Positions 61,801 to 64,000 of a stretch of DNA of 64,000 nucleotides are shown here, one piece after another (position 1 is the stretch's first letter; every line of letters begins with the position of its first letter). The notes below the pieces were generated by a model. That model made no database searches. It had not been told where the DNA came from and saw only the letters and a list, made by a program, of their open reading frames with translations. A program made the position numbers and the translations under genes. Source of the stretch: Malacoraja senta (taxonomy: Eukaryota); contig CM075981.1 in NCBI GenBank assembly GCA_038087875.1, positions 1,488,001 to 1,552,000 on the forward strand, in the 5' to 3' direction.

Positions 61801-62777
61801 CAGCAAGTAAGATTGTCATTGTTCTATCTGGGACATATGACAATAAAACATTCTATACTCTTGAAAAGGAACAGTTGACGTTTCAAGGCGAGACCCTTCT
61901 TCAGACTGAGAGTCAGGTGAAAGGGAAACAAGAGATATAGAAGGTACATGGAACAAATGAATGAAATATATGAATGAATGATGTTTAAACCTGTTCATAA
62001 TATGGCTCTATCGACAACATATTTTCCAGAATCCAAGTGCAATACATCACACGGTGAAGACAACAATGAAATCCAGGTAAAAATGTGAAATATAAATTCT
62101 CTGAGTGATGAAAAATATATAATATTGAATTATCTGTGTTTACACAGGCCATTTAGCAACACCAGTCCACTCCAGTTAAGAGAACCAGCACAGAAACAGG
62201 CCCTTTGGCCCACCGAGTCCACGCCGACCGGTGACCCACGCACACAAAAACTATCCTACGCACACTAGGGACAATTTGCAATTATGCCAAACCAATTAAC
62301 CTACAAACATGTTGTAGGCACTGTCAGGCAACAACTCTACCGCTGCTCCACCATGCTGCGCTATCTTTGTGTTGTAAACAGCAGCAATGGCCTGTTCTGT
62401 ACACTGAACAGTTTGAGACCTACTTTGTAATAGACATCTGTTGAGGACCTTTCAAATCTATTAGGTTGTAAAATTGGATTTTGTTATATTTTAGGAAATG
62501 GCAGTGTTGGAAAGGAACCACGTTGATGCAAATCTGCAGCAAATTGGAAACAATAAACAACAGGGCAGCTGACCATTTGGATAACAATGAAGGTGGAATC
62601 ACGTATGCAGTGGTGAAATGTCAAAGGAAGTCGAGATCAAGGCACCCTGAGACTCACAACACTGTTCTCTACGCAGATGTTAATTTTCATCGCAACTGCC
62701 CAAAGGGCAATCGGAAACCCACTCCTACTAGGGCTCCAGAGAACTCTGAAACAATTTATGCCTCTGTTGTTTCTTAG
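34827..62777 (+). CDS. Gene 3: MDIR/CD300-pIgR-like receptor L-V-V-V-C2-V-C2-stalk-TM-ITIM tail, inhibitory-type, with an apparent 1-nt frameshift in the last exon
   Basis: join(34827..34863,37176..37496,38727..39041,43099..43413,45824..46144,47392..47709,48907..49227,50518..50566,56611..56699,62030..62076,62495..62777). As written it stops at 62570-62572 (about 736 aa). Removing one base restores about 804 aa ending in TIYASVVS*. Confidence 0.8.
36403..37112 (+). mobile_element. Orthologous L1 3' fragment in gene 3 intron 1
   Basis: Target duplication at 36388-36402 and 37113-37127. ORF 36344-36748. Confidence 0.8.
37176..37496 (+). CDS. Gene 3 V1 exon (alternative acceptor 37182)
   Basis: Encodes KYWCRGSSRPC..DTGWYSC. 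Splice sites as in gene 2. Confidence 0.92.
38727..39041 (+). CDS. Gene 3 V2 exon
   Basis: tttcag|CT...GACG|GTACGT. Confidence 0.92.
39240..40675 (-). mobile_element. CR1 LINE 3' fragment, longer ortholog in gene 3
   Basis: ORFs 39200-40300 and 40310-40618 (SQHGFMKGKSCLTNLL, YLDFQKAFDK, FADDTKL). Confidence 0.9.
40850..41952 (+). mobile_element. Penelope-like fragment downstream of V2 (gene 3); shortened ortholog at 18960-19457 in gene 2
   Basis: Zn-knuckle/GIY-YIG-like remnants followed by a hammerhead-like 3' end. Boundaries approximate. Confidence 0.7.
43099..43413 (+). CDS. Gene 3 V3 exon
   Basis: ctttcag|CT...GACG|GTACGA. Confidence 0.92.
43790..44885 (+). mobile_element. Penelope-like fragment downstream of V3 (gene 3); ortholog at 20865-21605 in gene 2
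   Basis: Encodes NCRRCNTSHYISP, RQRFTCISSNLIYSIRCSRC. Paralogous to 40850-41952. Confidence 0.75.
45824..46144 (+). CDS. Gene 3 C2A exon
   Basis: cccacag|AA...GCAG|GTGAGT. Confidence 0.92.
47392..47709 (+). CDS. Gene 3 V4 exon (alternative acceptor 47398)
   Basis: Canonical TKYWC and DTGWYRC. Donor GAAG|GTAGGT. Confidence 0.92.
48907..49227 (+). CDS. Gene 3 C2B exon
   Basis: cccacag|AA...ACTG|GTAAGT. Confidence 0.92.
50518..50566 (+). CDS. Gene 3 stalk exon (GLEYSCETSKRTNYSS)
   Basis: ccaacag|GA...AAG|GTAAAC. 49 nt, phase 1-2. Confidence 0.82.
50785..51830. mobile_element. Penelope-like fragments: minus-strand GIY-YIG region (50785-51640) and plus-strand RT-thumb piece (51645-51830)
   Basis: Minus strand: NCRKCNICPYNSPLDSVQG. 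Plus strand: WTISKTSLRFLDHTISITGDRLSMDVYYKLTDSHNYL. Confidence 0.7.
52560..54470 (+). mobile_element. CR1 LINE ORF2 3' fragment (frameshifted)
   Basis: ORFs 52667-53323, 53377-53841 and 53843-54094 (KSPGPDG, NYRPVSLT, PQGSVLGP, FADDTKL). (tttctatg)n tail at ~54435-54470. Flanks rejoin as the gene 1 intron at ~5650. Confidence 0.92.
55080..55370 (+). mobile_element. tRNA-derived SINE
   Basis: Degenerate A and B boxes (gttcgatcc). Body like 9674-9997. Confidence 0.65.
55385..56240. repeat. Unclassified CpG-rich interspersed repeat with homopolymer runs
   Basis: GC/CpG-rich block flanked by poly-C (55561-55580) and A runs (~56155-56173). Overlapping ORFs have no recognisable protein. Confidence 0.4.
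56611..56699 (+). CDS. Gene 3 transmembrane exon (RITYIVASGVAVLLLILIIAFFWYQKRKTK)
   Basis: Pyrimidine tract then gacag|G (phase 2). Uncharged 21-aa helix followed by a basic stop-transfer segment. Donor AAGG|GTGAGT, phase 1. Confidence 0.9.
57457..60660 (+). mobile_element. Near-full-length CR1 LINE ORF2 (APE plus RT), one premature stop, nested in an older CR1 fragment
   Basis: KTLCLNARSIRNK..IVGITET*LQGD then the same frame to 60562 (870-aa ORF: GDFN, SDHN, FADDTKL). (tttctatg)n tail at 60635-60660. Older CR1 flanks at ~57395-57456 and 60661-60970. Confidence 0.95.
61010..61390 (-). mobile_element. Penelope-like 3' fragment, reverse strand
   Basis: Reverse complement of ..aacattgacttctctaacttcaag.. 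and a degenerate hammerhead end. Confidence 0.65.
62030..62076 (+). CDS. Gene 3 cytoplasmic exon 1 (ESKCNTSHGEDNNEIQ)
   Basis: attttccag|AA...CAG|GTAAAA, phase 1-0. Confidence 0.7.
62495..62777 (+). CDS. Gene 3 terminal exon: ITIMs ITYAVV (62598-62615) and VLYADV (62664-62681), ITSM TIYASV (62751-62768)
   Basis: Acceptor ttgttatattttag|GAA. The phase-0 frame reads EMAVLERNHVDANLQQIGNNKQQGS*. The tyrosine motifs are in the adjacent frame, ending at TAG 62775-62777. Confidence 0.8.
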
Positions 62778-64000
62778 GAGAGATCTTTAATTCGGTGTGA
62801 GTTTTTAGCAATACTTGCTTTACCACTCTATTTAGATTACACTGCTTTAATCTGTCCTATACGTTGTGAAAGATGGACACAAAATGCTGGAGTAACTCAA
62901 CAGGTCAGACAGCATCTCTGGAGAAAATAGACAGTTGATGTTTGACGTTGGGACCCATATTCAGATGGTCTGTAGAAAGGTCCTGACCCAAAATGTTACC
63001 CATTAATTTTCACCAGAGATATTTCATGACCATCTGAGTTACTCCAGCATTTTGGGTTCGTCTTTGGATAAACCGGCATCTTTTTATAGCTATACTTTGT
63101 CAAGCTCCTTCTGAGCTGGTTCTTCAATTCATCAGGTGTAAGGGTGATGGGAGAAGGCAGGAGAGTGATGTTAGGAGGGAGAGGTAGATCAGCGATGATT
63201 CAATGGTGGAGTAGCTTTCATGGGCAAAATTGTCTGCCCCTATCACTGATGACCTTACGAATTACACTCACTTCTACGATCTCTTTCATCCGCCAGTATA
63301 ATGAATGACTCTAGATCACGCATACAAATGATAAAACGCCACTGGTTCCCATTCTTGTCATACCCACCCTCATTCCCTCCACCCACAAATTCCCCAACCC
63401 TCCCATCATAATTCCTTGCAAGGGTCAGCCTAAGCACACCTCAACCCATTGTCTCTGGGCCCAAATATTGTGCGTTCAAGTCAATAAAGGGGCAATGGGC
63501 CAAGCAAGAAAATGGTTCAAGTGGATAGTGGGCTAAGGCAGAGAAGCCCAAGATGCAGCAGAAGTAAGTTCAATTGGAAATGCTGATCTTAGCAGCATTT
63601 CTACAGGACCTCTTCTAAACTCTAGAGGTACTCTGTTCGAAATATACAAAGTTCTTACAGAGCAGGAGAGTGCAGGTGAAGGGATTAGGTTTTCCATGGC
63701 TCGTAGTGAGGAGGGGTTAGTTGGGCCAAAGGGTCTGTTTCTTCGTTGTATGAATCTATGACTCGAATAAACTCTAGCCTGGGAACAATTTTTTCTTCAA
63801 TATTGAAGGATTCACGGAAATAGAACTAGTACTGGATATGAGGTGTTAAAGGATAAGGTATGATTTTAATGCATGGTGTAGTTATGAAGGACCTAGTGCG
63901 GACTGACATATTTGTTCATTAATTTGTTCGCCCTACAATACACTTTTTTTTTAACACATTTCCAGTCAATGTACAAACACATCAAAGGCCATCGTGCGAT

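Noticed and set aside
62148-62200. Extra cytoplasmic exon at acceptor tacacag|GCC
   Set aside because: In the required phase 0 it reads GCC ATT TAG (stop), and downstream sequence is a reverse-strand SINE.
62555-62575. Programmed ribosomal frameshift to reach the ITIM frame
   Set aside because: No recognisable slippery heptamer or stimulatory structure. An indel or missed splice event is simpler.
1-64000. CRISPR array or prokaryotic operons
   Set aside because: No repeat-spacer array. The sequence is intron-rich vertebrate DNA.

Overview
Vertebrate genomic DNA. The repeat content (CR1 LINEs, Penelope-like fragments, tRNA-derived and Deu-type SINEs) points to a cartilaginous fish, probably a skate (inference). 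The window holds a head-to-tail cluster of three + strand multi-Ig-domain receptor genes of the CD300/pIgR-related type, best matching the skate MDIR (modular domain immune-type receptor) family. Gene 1 is 5'-truncated by the window and ends at about 7.9 kb. Gene 2 (12271-30462) is complete: leader-V-V-V-C2-V-C2-stalk-TM(Arg)-short tail, about 711 aa, activating-type. Gene 3 (34827-62777) has an almost identical six-domain ectodomain but an unrelated uncharged TM exon and a tail encoding two ITIMs and one ITSM, inhibitory-type. All exon phases chain correctly except in the last exon of gene 3, where the tyrosine motifs lie one base out of frame. Genes 1 and 2 belong to a ~22.56 kb tandem duplication that is ~99.8% identical over its first ~11 kb. 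Introns are dense with retroelement fragments, including a near-full-length CR1 ORF2. All counts and identities are hand estimates, not computed alignments.
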